Assembly: GCA_963705255.1 (NCBI GenBank)
Contig: OY970061.1
Span: forward strand, 1,056,001 to 1,120,000
Direction: 5' to 3'
Origin: an uncultured Methanoregulaceae archaeon
GTDB lineage: Archaea; Halobacteriota; Methanomicrobia; Methanomicrobiales; Methanospirillaceae
DNA length: 64,000 nt
Shown here: positions 41,556 to 49,934 of the stretch, piece after piece
Layout: every line of letters begins with the position of its first letter
How positions within the stretch are numbered: the first letter of the stretch is position 1
Position numbers and translations under genes: made by a program
The notes under the pieces: model-generated
What the model saw: only the letters and a program-made list of their open reading frames with translations
Database searches by the model: none
Told to the model about the DNA's origin: nothing

Positions 41556-43044
41556 CTCGGCGCATGAAGATGTGACTGTTTTTGATACTACGCTCCGGGA
41601 CGGAGAACAAACCCCGGGGATTGCATTCACCTTTGAACAGAAACTTGAGATCGCACGCCAGCTCTCCGATATCGGCGTCCATGCAATCGAGGCAGGGTTC
41701 CCTGCGTCCTCGAAGGCCGAGAAGGAGACGGTGACCGCCATCAAGAAACTCGGTCTTGAGTCAGTGATCTGCGGGCTTGCCCGCTCCACAAAAGCCGACG
41801 TGGACGCCTGTCTCGACTGCGATGTCGATCTGGTGCACGTCTTCATCCCGACCTCGGATATCCAGCGGGAGAACACGATCAACAAGAGCCGGAAGGAAGT
41901 ACTCGGGATCACGGCCGAGATCATCGGCTATATCCGGAAGCACTCCGATCTCTGCATGTTCTCCGCCATGGACGCGACGCGGACGGACTGGGACTACCTG
42001 ATCGAGGTCTTCCAGACCGCTGCCGATGCCGGGGCCACGATCATCAACGTGCCGGACACGGTGGGAGTCATCTCCCCTTCCGCGATGAAGACGCTCATCA
42101 CCCGGATCAACAGGGAGGTCAGGTGCCCTATCGACGTCCACTGCCACAACGACTTCGGCCTCGCGGTCGCCAACACGATCGCGGCCGTCGAAGCCGGCGC
42201 CTCGCAGGTGCAGGTGACCGTGAACGGGCTCGGGGAGCGGGCCGGCAACGCAGACCTCGCCCAGACCGTGATGATCATGGAGTCGATGTACCGTATCAGG
42301 ACCGGGATCAGGAAGGAACGCCTCGTCGAGACCTCGCGGCTCGTCTCCCGCTTCTCCGGCATCGGCATCCCGCCGATCCAGCCGGTCGTGGGCGAGAACG
42401 TCTTCTCGCACGAGAGCGGCATCCACTCGCACGGGGTCCTCAGGAACTCGGCCACGTTCGAGCCGGGCATCATGACCCCGGAGATGGTGGGCCACCGCCG
42501 CAGGCTCACGCTCGGGAAGCATGTGGGCCGGCACGCGGTCCACCAGATGCTCGCCGACGTCCACATTGACCCTACCGGCCCCCAGCTTGACGCAATTGTC
42601 GAGAAGGTCAAGGCCGTCGCGAACAAGGGCAAGAGGGTGACCGATGCCGATCTCTATGAGATTGCCGAGAGCGTCATGGGCATCGAGCTGAACAACAAGA
42701 CGCTCGATTTACAGGACATCGCCATCATGACCGGCAACCACGCCATCCCCACCGCAAGCGTCCGGGCGATGGTGAATGGCAGGGAACATGTCTTCTCCGC
42801 GGTAGGGAACGGCCCGGTCGATGCGGCACTCAACGCGATCCTCGGGATCACGCCCTCGAAACTCCAGCTCAAGGAGTTCAACATCGAGGCGATCTCCGGC
42901 GGTTCCGACGCGATCTGTCACGTCACTATCGCGGTCGAGGACGAGCACGGCAAGATCTTCGATGCCAGCGGAAGCGGGGACGATATTGTCCTCTCCTCGG
43001 TCGAGGCGCTGGTCAACGCGATCAACCTGATCAACCGGGTGTAG
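41524..43044 (+). CDS. leuA: 2-isopropylmalate synthase
   Basis: DTTLRDGEQ, HCHNDFG, GLGERAGN, HESGIH, TFEPGIMTPEMVG and regulatory domain GNGPVDA; CimA not fully excluded. Confidence 0.85.
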   Translation: MLRGIVFFTDSSAHEDVTVFDTTLRDGEQTPGIAFTFEQKLEIARQLSDIGVHAIEAGFPASSKAEKETVTAIKKLGLESVICGLARSTKADVDACLDCDVDLVHVFIPTSDIQRENTINKSRKEVLGITAEIIGYIRKHSDLCMFSAMDATRTDWDYLIEVFQTAADAGATIINVPDTVGVISPSAMKTLITRINREVRCPIDVHCHNDFGLAVANTIAAVEAGASQVQVTVNGLGERAGNADLAQTVMIMESMYRIRTGIRKERLVETSRLVSRFSGIGIPPIQPVVGENVFSHESGIHSHGVLRNSATFEPGIMTPEMVGHRRRLTLGKHVGRHAVHQMLADVHIDPTGPQLDAIVEKVKAVANKGKRVTDADLYEIAESVMGIELNNKTLDLQDIAIMTGNHAIPTASVRAMVNGREHVFSAVGNGPVDAALNAILGITPSKLQLKEFNIEAISGGSDAICHVTIAVEDEHGKIFDASGSGDDIVLSSVEALVNAINLINRV

Positions 43045-43058
43045 AGACTCGGAAAATC

Positions 43059-43634
43059 TCACTCTGTTTTTAATTTCGTGTTCCGGATGGTTACGAGAGT
43101 ATGGAACGCCGCATCGAAACCATAGAGCGAAGCCCGCACCTCAAGTTTCCCGATGATCTCATCGGTAGAGGCAAGGTAGCGCTTCGTGAAGCCCCCGTTA
43201 CGGTCCGCTGAGTCAAGGAGGTTGTCGATCCGGTCGCAGAGCTTGACGAGCGTCGCCTCCGGGGGTGCGTCGAGGATCCGGTCGAGGCTGTCGGAGAGCC
43301 GGACCGCCTTGCCCTTGATCGTGTTCTTCTTTGTCAGGGCCTCGACGATCGTGGAAATATCGGCCCGCTCATCTCCAGAAAGCGGGAAGCCGGCGATAAG
43401 CTCGTCAGTCTGAGTAATCCACTCCGGGGTGCAGTCCTCGTACACATCATGGAGCCACGCGGAGATCACCGCCACGTGGGAACCGTGGAACATCCCGACG
43501 AGCCCTGCAACACGGGCAGGGTGCGTAATATACGGGGTCTTCCGGTCCTTGCGGAACTGTCCCCGGTGCGCCCGCGAGGCATGGTCGGCAGCCATCTTGA
43601 TGACCAGGAGGCGCATCGCCGGGTCTTCGTCCAT
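43059..43634 (-). CDS. Stand-alone RelA/SpoT-type HD hydrolase (small alarmone hydrolase/Mesh1-like)
   Basis: AH.GQ.RK...PYITHP, LHDVYED, VEALTK and VKLCDRIDNL. Confidence 0.85.
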   Translation of the reverse strand: MDEDPAMRLLVIKMAADHASRAHRGQFRKDRKTPYITHPARVAGLVGMFHGSHVAVISAWLHDVYEDCTPEWITQTDELIAGFPLSGDERADISTIVEALTKKNTIKGKAVRLSDSLDRILDAPPEATLVKLCDRIDNLLDSADRNGGFTKRYLASTDEIIGKLEVRASLYGFDAAFHTLVTIRNTKLKTE

Positions 43635-43778
43635 GAACCCCGGGCAGGCAGGCATGATCAATGATCTGATGCCGGAAACGTAATGGTTTTTGGTTTTTGT
43701 GTTTAGAAGAGAGGTTTCCTGTGAAGAAAGTATTATCATGATATAATGATGGACTGATACTTTCATATCTCCCGTAAG

Positions 43779-43881
43779 GATGAACGCCGCCGCCCCCGGC
43801 GGGGCGCCCCCGCGGCGGATCAAAGAATTTTTTTAACAAGTCCTTGCCCCGCCGTGCCTCGGAGAGGCCCTGAGGCGGGGG
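43779..43881 (+). repeat. Dispersed GC-rich palindromic repeat, copy A
   Basis: GATGAACGCCGCCGC...CGCCCCCGCGGCGG...TTGCCCCGCCGTGCCTCGGAGAGGCCCTGAGGCGGGG shared with 54376-54610 and 48626-48705. Confidence 0.8.
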
Positions 43882-43964
43882 CCATCATGATGAAGAGTGT
43901 GTGCTTTAACAATTCGTAAAAATAATTCCAATAAAAATTGGAATACCGATGGTCAAAAAAAGAT

Positions 43965-44327
43965 TTACGCCGCACTCGGGGCGCCCTTGCTCTCGATTGC
44001 AGCCTTGATCTGTGCCTGCAGCTGCTCGAACTTGCCCTGGAGCATCTTCTCCTGCTTCTCGAGGGACTTGATCCGCAGCTCGAGGGTCTCGACCTTCTCG
44101 GTGAGCTTGGCGTTGATGACCTCCTTCTTCTTCTGCATCATCACGGTGCCGACACTCATGTACATGACTGCGTCCTCGGCAGCGTCGCTGATCTCCTCCT
44201 GCGCACGCTTTGCCTCGTGGACGGCCATCTGGTACTGGGCCTTCTGCTGGAGGACATTCTGGAGCTGCTGCTGGAGCTGCTGGAGCATGCCGAGCTGGTT
44301 CTGGACTTTGGGGGATAGGTTGTTCAT
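43965..44327 (-). CDS. pfdB: Prefoldin beta subunit
   Basis: Q-rich coiled coil, MYMSVG and LELRIKSLEKQE. Confidence 0.95.
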   Translation of the reverse strand: MNNLSPKVQNQLGMLQQLQQQLQNVLQQKAQYQMAVHEAKRAQEEISDAAEDAVMYMSVGTVMMQKKKEVINAKLTEKVETLELRIKSLEKQEKMLQGKFEQLQAQIKAAIESKGAPSAA

Positions 44328-44437
44328 GATCGAAACTCCTGTACATCTATCACTCCGGGGGATAAAAAGGATTATTCCCTGCACAGGCCGGAACGGGAAT
44401 TGCGGCAGGCCGGGTTTCCACGGAAACGACGGCGATT

Positions 44438-44680
44438 CTACCTGCCGACTTCCTGCATCTCCCCGGCAACGCTGACGAGCCGGAGGTACATGTTGAGCGC
44501 GGCCCGGAGCGAGGCGATGTCCTGGGCCTCCACCCGGATCACGAGTTCGTCCCCGCCCTCGAGGCAGCAGGTGACGAGCGAGCGCGGATTCACCTCGTCG
44601 GAAAGCTCCGGCCCGAGCGATCGGAAGATCCGCTCCGCATGCTCGGTCCTGAACCGGAAGATCGCTTCGTGGTCGGCCAT
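44438..44680 (-). CDS. pcc1: KEOPS complex subunit Pcc1
   Basis: A.DIASLRAALNMYLRL; conserved synteny. Confidence 0.9.
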   Translation of the reverse strand: MADHEAIFRFRTEHAERIFRSLGPELSDEVNPRSLVTCCLEGGDELVIRVEAQDIASLRAALNMYLRLVSVAGEMQEVGR

Positions 44681-44756
44681 GGGGTACCTTCTTTCGGAGT
44701 ATTGGTAAAAAGAGCTATAGGTATCTTACCGGGGAACGGACCCGGAAGCAGCACCG

Positions 44757-44891
44757 TTACCGGGCTTTCAGTTCTTTGATCGCCGCACCGCGTTCCTTGA
44801 ACAGGATCCGGTGGCCGCAGTAGGGGCACCGTACGTTGACGTCGATCTCGACTTTCTGCTTGCACCGTGCACACTTGTAGGTACTGGCCAT
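44757..44891 (-). CDS. rpoP: DNA-directed RNA polymerase subunit P (44 aa; not in the ORF track)
   Basis: Manual translation [44 protein letters not shown]. Confidence 0.95.
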   Translation of the reverse strand: MASTYKCARCKQKVEIDVNVRCPYCGHRILFKERGAAIKELKAR

Positions 44892-44903
44892 GGTCGTATC
44901 CGG

Positions 44904-45197
44904 TTATTTTTTGATCTCTTCAACGGTGCGGTCGATCGCCCGCTGGGCAATCTTCATGGTCGGGGTCTGGGGCTGGTACGCGCCGCCGGCGAACTTGTAC
45001 CCGCACTTGCGGCATTCCCAGATACCGGTGCCTTTGCGCGCCACCGATTCCATGTCGCACTTCGGGCAGCGGTGGAGTGATCGCGAGATCTTTTCGATAT
45101 CACATACCCGCTTGCGCACGAACCGTCCGTACCTGCAGCCAAACCGCCCTGCACTTCCGGTCACTTTTCCTTTTGCCTTATGAGTCGAACTTGCCAT
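44904..45197 (-). CDS. rpl37ae: 50S ribosomal protein L37ae (eL43)
   Basis: GRFG.RYG, CPKC and GIWECRKCG..FAGGAY. Confidence 0.97.
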   Translation of the reverse strand: MASSTHKAKGKVTGSAGRFGCRYGRFVRKRVCDIEKISRSLHRCPKCDMESVARKGTGIWECRKCGYKFAGGAYQPQTPTMKIAQRAIDRTVEEIKK

Positions 45198-45240
45198 GCT
45201 GGATGCCCACCGATCTGTCTTCTTTTATTTGTCCTCTGAA

Positions 45241-45945
45241 TTAATATACTTGATTGAGGATCTTGACCTGTCCTTCGCCTTTGGAGAGCTTGTTGATCAG
45301 ATCGTAGAATTCGCCCTGGATGCCGGCCGGGATCCGGACCACGCAGACCCACGAGCCGTCCTTCTGCCACTCGTCTTTCTCCATGGTGGAAGCCGCGGCA
45401 ATGTCCCCGTAGGCCCTGGCGGCAAAATCGGGGGGGATCTTGATCGCGAGCCGGAGTTCCTCGAACCGGATCGGGAGGAGCGGGCGGAGGGCCTTGACCG
45501 TCTCCTTGACCTGTTCGTCGAGATGCTTGAAGGGATCGATATTGACCCGCGCCTCTTCCATGGCCATCTCTATCCGGGCCGGGGGGTGGGGGTGGCCGGT
45601 CTGGGGGTTGACTGCGTTCCGGGCTATGAACGTGATGACCTGCCTCCGCTTCTCCTCGATCATCTGCTTGCGCTGCTCGGCGGTCAGGTGGATCTCGCCC
45701 TTCTCGATGATCTTCCGGGCGACCGTCTCGAAGTCCGTGGTGTGGAAGACCTTGGTGAGCGCTTCATCCGATGCCCGGGTCGCTTTCGAGGCGTTCCCGA
45801 AGACGTTCAGCGCCGCCACCACATCCTCGATCTCGACCTTCTGGCCCTGCCTGACCAGCGCCGCCATGTGCGGGTCGACGAGGATCTCGAACCGTTCCCC
45901 GAAACTCTCGAGCCGGGCTACGACAGAATGGTCGAGCGGGATCAT
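45241..45945 (-). CDS. sdo1: Ribosome maturation protein SBDS/Sdo1
   Basis: FEILVDP, KGEIHLT.EQR and NPQT..PHPP.RIE. Confidence 0.95.
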   Translation of the reverse strand: MIPLDHSVVARLESFGERFEILVDPHMAALVRQGQKVEIEDVVAALNVFGNASKATRASDEALTKVFHTTDFETVARKIIEKGEIHLTAEQRKQMIEEKRRQVITFIARNAVNPQTGHPHPPARIEMAMEEARVNIDPFKHLDEQVKETVKALRPLLPIRFEELRLAIKIPPDFAARAYGDIAAASTMEKDEWQKDGSWVCVVRIPAGIQGEFYDLINKLSKGEGQVKILNQVY

Positions 45946-45951
45946 GCGGGA

Positions 45952-46675
45952 TCACTGCTTGAACTGCCCTACGTAGGTGGCGACTTCTTCCCTGCTCATC
46001 TTCCGGAAGACCGGTTTCTCGCGCCCGATGACACCGATCTCGACCGTGTCGACATCGAACTTACCTTCGGTTGCGGAGTGAAGGGCTTTCAGGCCGAGAA
46101 GGATGACGTCCTTGGTCTCGGACTCGGGATTGTATTCTTCCTCGAAGACCTTCATGGCTGCCGGGCGGCCGATGCCGATACCGGTCGCCTTGTACTCAAG
46201 AAGGGTGCCCGAGGGGTCCGTCTCAAAGAGCCGGCACTCGCCGTCGCTGACGCCCGCGATGAGGAGGGCGGTGCCGTACGGGCGGATGCCGCCGTACTGG
46301 GTGAGGGTCTGCATGTGGTCGCAGAGTTTCTTGGAAAGCGCCTCGACCTCGATCGGCTCGTCGTACCGAGACCCGGTTGATCTGGCACTCCACCCGCGCC
46401 CGGTCCACGAGCGCCCTGGCGTCACCGACGAGTCCGGACGAGGCAACTCCGATGTGTTCGTCAATCTTGAAGATCTTCTCAATGGACGAGGGCTCGAGGA
46501 GCTTGGAGCTCACGCGCTTGTCCACGATCAGGACGACGCCGTCCTTTGCCTTGATGCCTACAGCGGTGGTCCCGCGTTTCACGGCCTCACGGGCATACTC
46601 TACCTGATAGAGCCTGCCATCCGGCGAAAAAACCGTGATGGCCCTGTCATATCCCATCTGATATTGTGGTTGCAT
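45952..46675 (-). CDS. psmA: Proteasome alpha subunit, apparent frameshift near 46367
   Basis: [20 protein letters not shown] in one frame; [14 protein letters not shown] and ETDPSG in the next. Confidence 0.95.
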
Positions 46676-47169
46676 TATGATTCCTCCAGATCTTCTCTTG
46701 TCAAGAACAATCGGTTTGTATTTTTAAATCCCTTTTCAATCACATCAACCTTCTGTACGGAGCAGGCCGCGATATCGAACTCGTTCCCGCCGAACCTGCA
46801 CGCTCCGGGCACGGTATCTCCTGCAGGAGGGACGGGGATGCTCCGTATCCGCTCGCGGAGGCTCTCAAGGGTACCGGAAGCCGCGATGATCCGGAGGGCG
46901 AGCTTCACGTCCCGACATGACGTAACCGTGGAGAGGGCTACTGCCAGTTCCCGCTCGGTCCCGCGCAGGCAGCGGACCATGACGTACTGGCCTTCGGCTG
47001 CCACTACTGCCTGCTGGATGAGCGAGGCCGCTGCGTCCCCCCAGAGCGAAGTGATCGCATCGGAGATGGCAAAATAGAGCTCCTTCTGTTCGACCGGTGT
47101 CCCCTCGGGGTCGACACGGACAAGGAGGTACCGCCGCTTGTCGCGGAGAGTCGGGGGCCGTACTGCCAT
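46675..47169 (-). CDS. rnp2: RNase P protein component 2 (Pop5)
   Basis: [10 protein letters not shown] and SGTL motifs; synteny. Confidence 0.9.
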   Translation of the reverse strand: MAVRPPTLRDKRRYLLVRVDPEGTPVEQKELYFAISDAITSLWGDAAASLIQQAVVAAEGQYVMVRCLRGTERELAVALSTVTSCRDVKLALRIIAASGTLESLRERIRSIPVPPAGDTVPGACRFGGNEFDIAACSVQKVDVIEKGFKNTNRLFLTREDLEES

Positions 47170-47810
47170 CAGACCACCTTCACGGCAGGATCCGGGGCGG
47201 TAGTGACGGCAGCGGCACCTGCAAGTGCCTGCTCAACCTCAGAGGGTTCCATACCGAGGAGCGAGCAGAGCCCGGAGACCTCCCGCACGGCACGCATCCC
47301 GAGCACGGAGCGGGCATGGGTGGAAACCGTCAGCGGAAACCCGAACCGGTGCTGCAGCACAAGGAGGTCACGGTAGCGGACCAGGGCCCGCTGCCGTGCG
47401 ATTCCGCGCCCTGCGATGAGCGGGGAGAGGTCGAGGTCGACTGCCACCCGGTTGTCGGCGGCCATCTTCGCGGCAACGTGGTCGAACGCGGTCTTGTCTG
47501 CCGCATGGATGCCGCGAAGGATGTGGACCCCCCGGAGACCGATCACGGCGCGGTTAAACCCATTGTCCCCGCACTGCACCGAGACGACACTGCCGGAATC
47601 TTTTGCCCGCTTCACCCGGGAGATGACGTCCCGCACCGGGGCATCCCGTATCACCATGCCGGAACGCACAGACACGCCGTAGAGTTCGGCGGCAGGTGTA
47701 TCGATAGCAACGAGGCTGTCGAAGCCGAGACCAGCCGCTTCGAGCGCCATCCGCCGCACCGAGGAGTCCCCAACGGGAAACGGCCAGACCGCTGCATCGG
47801 TGATCTTCAT
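47169..47810 (-). CDS. rnp3: RNase P protein component 3 (Rpp30)
   Basis: NRAV, FDHVAAKMAADNRVAV and A.S...MR..RE motifs; synteny. Confidence 0.9.
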   Translation of the reverse strand: MKITDAAVWPFPVGDSSVRRMALEAAGLGFDSLVAIDTPAAELYGVSVRSGMVIRDAPVRDVISRVKRAKDSGSVVSVQCGDNGFNRAVIGLRGVHILRGIHAADKTAFDHVAAKMAADNRVAVDLDLSPLIAGRGIARQRALVRYRDLLVLQHRFGFPLTVSTHARSVLGMRAVREVSGLCSLLGMEPSEVEQALAGAAAVTTAPDPAVKVV

Positions 47811-47839
47811 ACAGGAGACTTCGCAAAAAAAGGATAAGA

Positions 47840-48430
47840 TTATTTGCCCTGGTTCGCGTGGGAGCGGATGCTCGGGCGGGTCTTCTCGGTACCTTTCCCA
47901 CGGGTGAGCATGCCACGGCCCTTGAGACCGGCCGAGGTCTTGCCGCGCTCGGCACGCCCGCGGTGGGTCGGGTTTGCGAGCCAGGCGAGGTTCTTGTCGC
48001 TCCGGATCGACGGGTGGTGGCCATCGACGAGGATGACTTCATAGTATTTCAGTTTCCCGTCCTGCCCGACCCAGTAGGAGTTGAGCACTTCCATGTTCGG
48101 GAACTTCCTGGACGCGCGCTCTTCTGCGATCCGCTGGATGCTCTTGCCGGCCGTGAGCCGGTTCTTGCCCATCCGGGCCGAGCGGCGTGCACGGACGTAC
48201 CGCGACGCCCGGCGGCCTCCGCGGCGGACCTGGACCCGTGCGACGGCGATGCCCTGCTTGGCCTTGTAGCCGAGCGAGCGTGCGCGGTCGATGCGGGTGG
48301 GGCGCTCGACCCTGACGACGCTCCCCTCGCGGCGCCATACCTGCATCCGGTTCCAGAGGAGTTCTGCGACCTCCGACTTATCAGGTCTCTTCCATGCCTC
48401 CCTGACAAAGGCGTACATCGATTTTACCAT
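47840..48430 (-). CDS. rpl15e: 50S ribosomal protein L15e
   Basis: [28 protein letters not shown] and RGKTSAG. Confidence 0.98.
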   Translation of the reverse strand: MVKSMYAFVREAWKRPDKSEVAELLWNRMQVWRREGSVVRVERPTRIDRARSLGYKAKQGIAVARVQVRRGGRRASRYVRARRSARMGKNRLTAGKSIQRIAEERASRKFPNMEVLNSYWVGQDGKLKYYEVILVDGHHPSIRSDKNLAWLANPTHRGRAERGKTSAGLKGRGMLTRGKGTEKTRPSIRSHANQGK

Positions 48431-48500
48431 GGTGATCACCTAAGGTTCGGCCCGGTTGAGGGCTACATTCCTTTCAACGGGACGCATCCCGTGTGCCTGT
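48431..48500 (-). ncRNA. Probable eL15 ribosomal-protein leader (cis-regulatory 5' UTR)
   Basis: ACGGGA-TGCG-TCCCGT hairpin, then GGAATGTAGCCC...GGGCCGAACC stem next to the GGTGA RBS; euryarchaeal eL15 leaders are a known class. Confidence 0.6.
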
Positions 48501-48625
48501 ATACATAGGATGGAGGGAGTATTAAAGGATTCAGGCGCAGGAACGATAATCGAAGGTCATTTTTTGATGAATGAATTGTCATATAATCAGAACGGCGCCT
48601 TGCAACAAAACAAGGAATTTGCGAG

Positions 48626-48705
48626 ACTTCCCCGCCTCAGGGCCCCTACGGGGCACGGCGGAGCAAATTACCGGTTCGATCCGGTGATTAATCCACCTCG
48701 GGGGG
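48626..48705 (-). repeat. Dispersed palindromic repeat, copy B (diverged, inverted)
   Basis: Reverse complement reads CCCCCGAGGTGGATT...TTGCTCCGCCGTGCCCGTAGGGGCCCTGAGGCGGG. Confidence 0.7.
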
Positions 48706-48815
48706 TTCTATCGCCAACCTAAATCCGCGAACAGGTAAGTGAGTAGCGCAAAACCCGATAGGCGTTTTGCGCGTCGGGAATCGTTAATAGAGAGTAGACG
48801 GATGGACAACCTGTA

Positions 48816-49394
48816 TCATGGTTTTTGTAAACCGTCTTCCTTTTCCATGTTTTGTATCGCACTTTTAATTGTTCTGTCCATCAGATTTGATACTTTTTCA
48901 TCAATTGAAACTAAATTTAACATTCGACAGGCAAATAATTCGCAATAATCTTCAGTGAAATCATCTGTACCTGAAAATTTTGGAAATTTGTTTGTTGGAT
49001 AGAATTCAAGTAATTGTAAAATTGATGGAACAGAAGCGTAATCATGGAAGAAATGACCACATTCATGAAAAATTGTTAGCAATATTTGAAACTCTGATGC
49101 CATTAAATAAGGAGAATATATGTAAATATTGAATTTTCCATCATATTTTGGCATATTAGAAAATGAACATCCAATAGAATGGAATGATTTGCCCTTTTGA
49201 TATCGAATTTCACATCGAAACGGAAAAGGAATTTGATTCTCTTTAGCAATTTTTTCTGCCATTCCTTCAATTTTTTTGAGCCTTTTAATTTGTGTGGACC
49301 GAGGTGTGATAAAAGAGATTAGGCGAGTCTTATATTTTTCAAGTATTTCCCTGAAACTCCGTTTCTGGGAATTGCCAATCAGAAGATTATCCAT
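48816..49394 (-). CDS. AT-rich hypothetical protein with HExxH zinc-metallopeptidase motif
   Basis: TIFHECGH followed by E..CE.FA (ImmA/IrrE-like arrangement). Confidence 0.65.
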   Translation of the reverse strand: MDNLLIGNSQKRSFREILEKYKTRLISFITPRSTQIKRLKKIEGMAEKIAKENQIPFPFRCEIRYQKGKSFHSIGCSFSNMPKYDGKFNIYIYSPYLMASEFQILLTIFHECGHFFHDYASVPSILQLLEFYPTNKFPKFSGTDDFTEDYCELFACRMLNLVSIDEKVSNLMDRTIKSAIQNMEKEDGLQKP

Positions 49395-49466
49395 TAATGG
49401 TCCTTACGGTATCCATTTTTTGAAAATGAGAACGAGTATATGTTCAATTCCCTCGACCATTCTAAT

Positions 49467-49934
49467 TCACTTCCCCTTCCTCTTCTCCACCACCCGGATC
49501 CCCTCAATCCTCGTCACCGGGTACTGCCCGTCCTTATCCTTCTCGGCCGACTTCACCATGTCCCACACCGTCAGCAGAGCAACAGACACTCCGGTCAACG
49601 CCTCCATCTCGACCCCGGTCCTCCCGGTCATCTTCACGACCACTGTCACCTCGATGAACCCGTCCCCCTCGGAAAAATCGACCGTGATCGAGCTTATCGG
49701 GACGGGGTGGCACATCGGGATGATGTTCGCGGTGTTCTTGACAGCGAGCGTGGCGGCGACCCGTGCCGTGGCGAGTACATTGCCCTTCACCACCGTCCCC
49801 TCGCGGATTGCGGCGAGCGTCTCAGGCCGGAGATAGATCCTGCCCGAGGCGGTCGCCTCGCGGGCGACCTCGCCCTTGCCGCTGATGTCCACCATCCGTG
49901 CCCTGTCATCCTCGATATGGGTAAACTCCGCCAT
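49467..49934 (-). CDS. moaC: Cyclic pyranopterin monophosphate synthase
   Basis: MVDISGK, IPMCHP, TGVEMEALT and DMVKS. Confidence 0.97.
   Translation of the reverse strand: MAEFTHIEDDRARMVDISGKGEVAREATASGRIYLRPETLAAIREGTVVKGNVLATARVAATLAVKNTANIIPMCHPVPISSITVDFSEGDGFIEVTVVVKMTGRTGVEMEALTGVSVALLTVWDMVKSAEKDKDGQYPVTRIEGIRVVEKRKGK

Noticed and set aside
45952-46675. psmA as a pseudogene or programmed frameshift
   Set aside because: Essential gene, a single extra G with no slippery context, and many similar indels elsewhere, so a sequencing error is more likely
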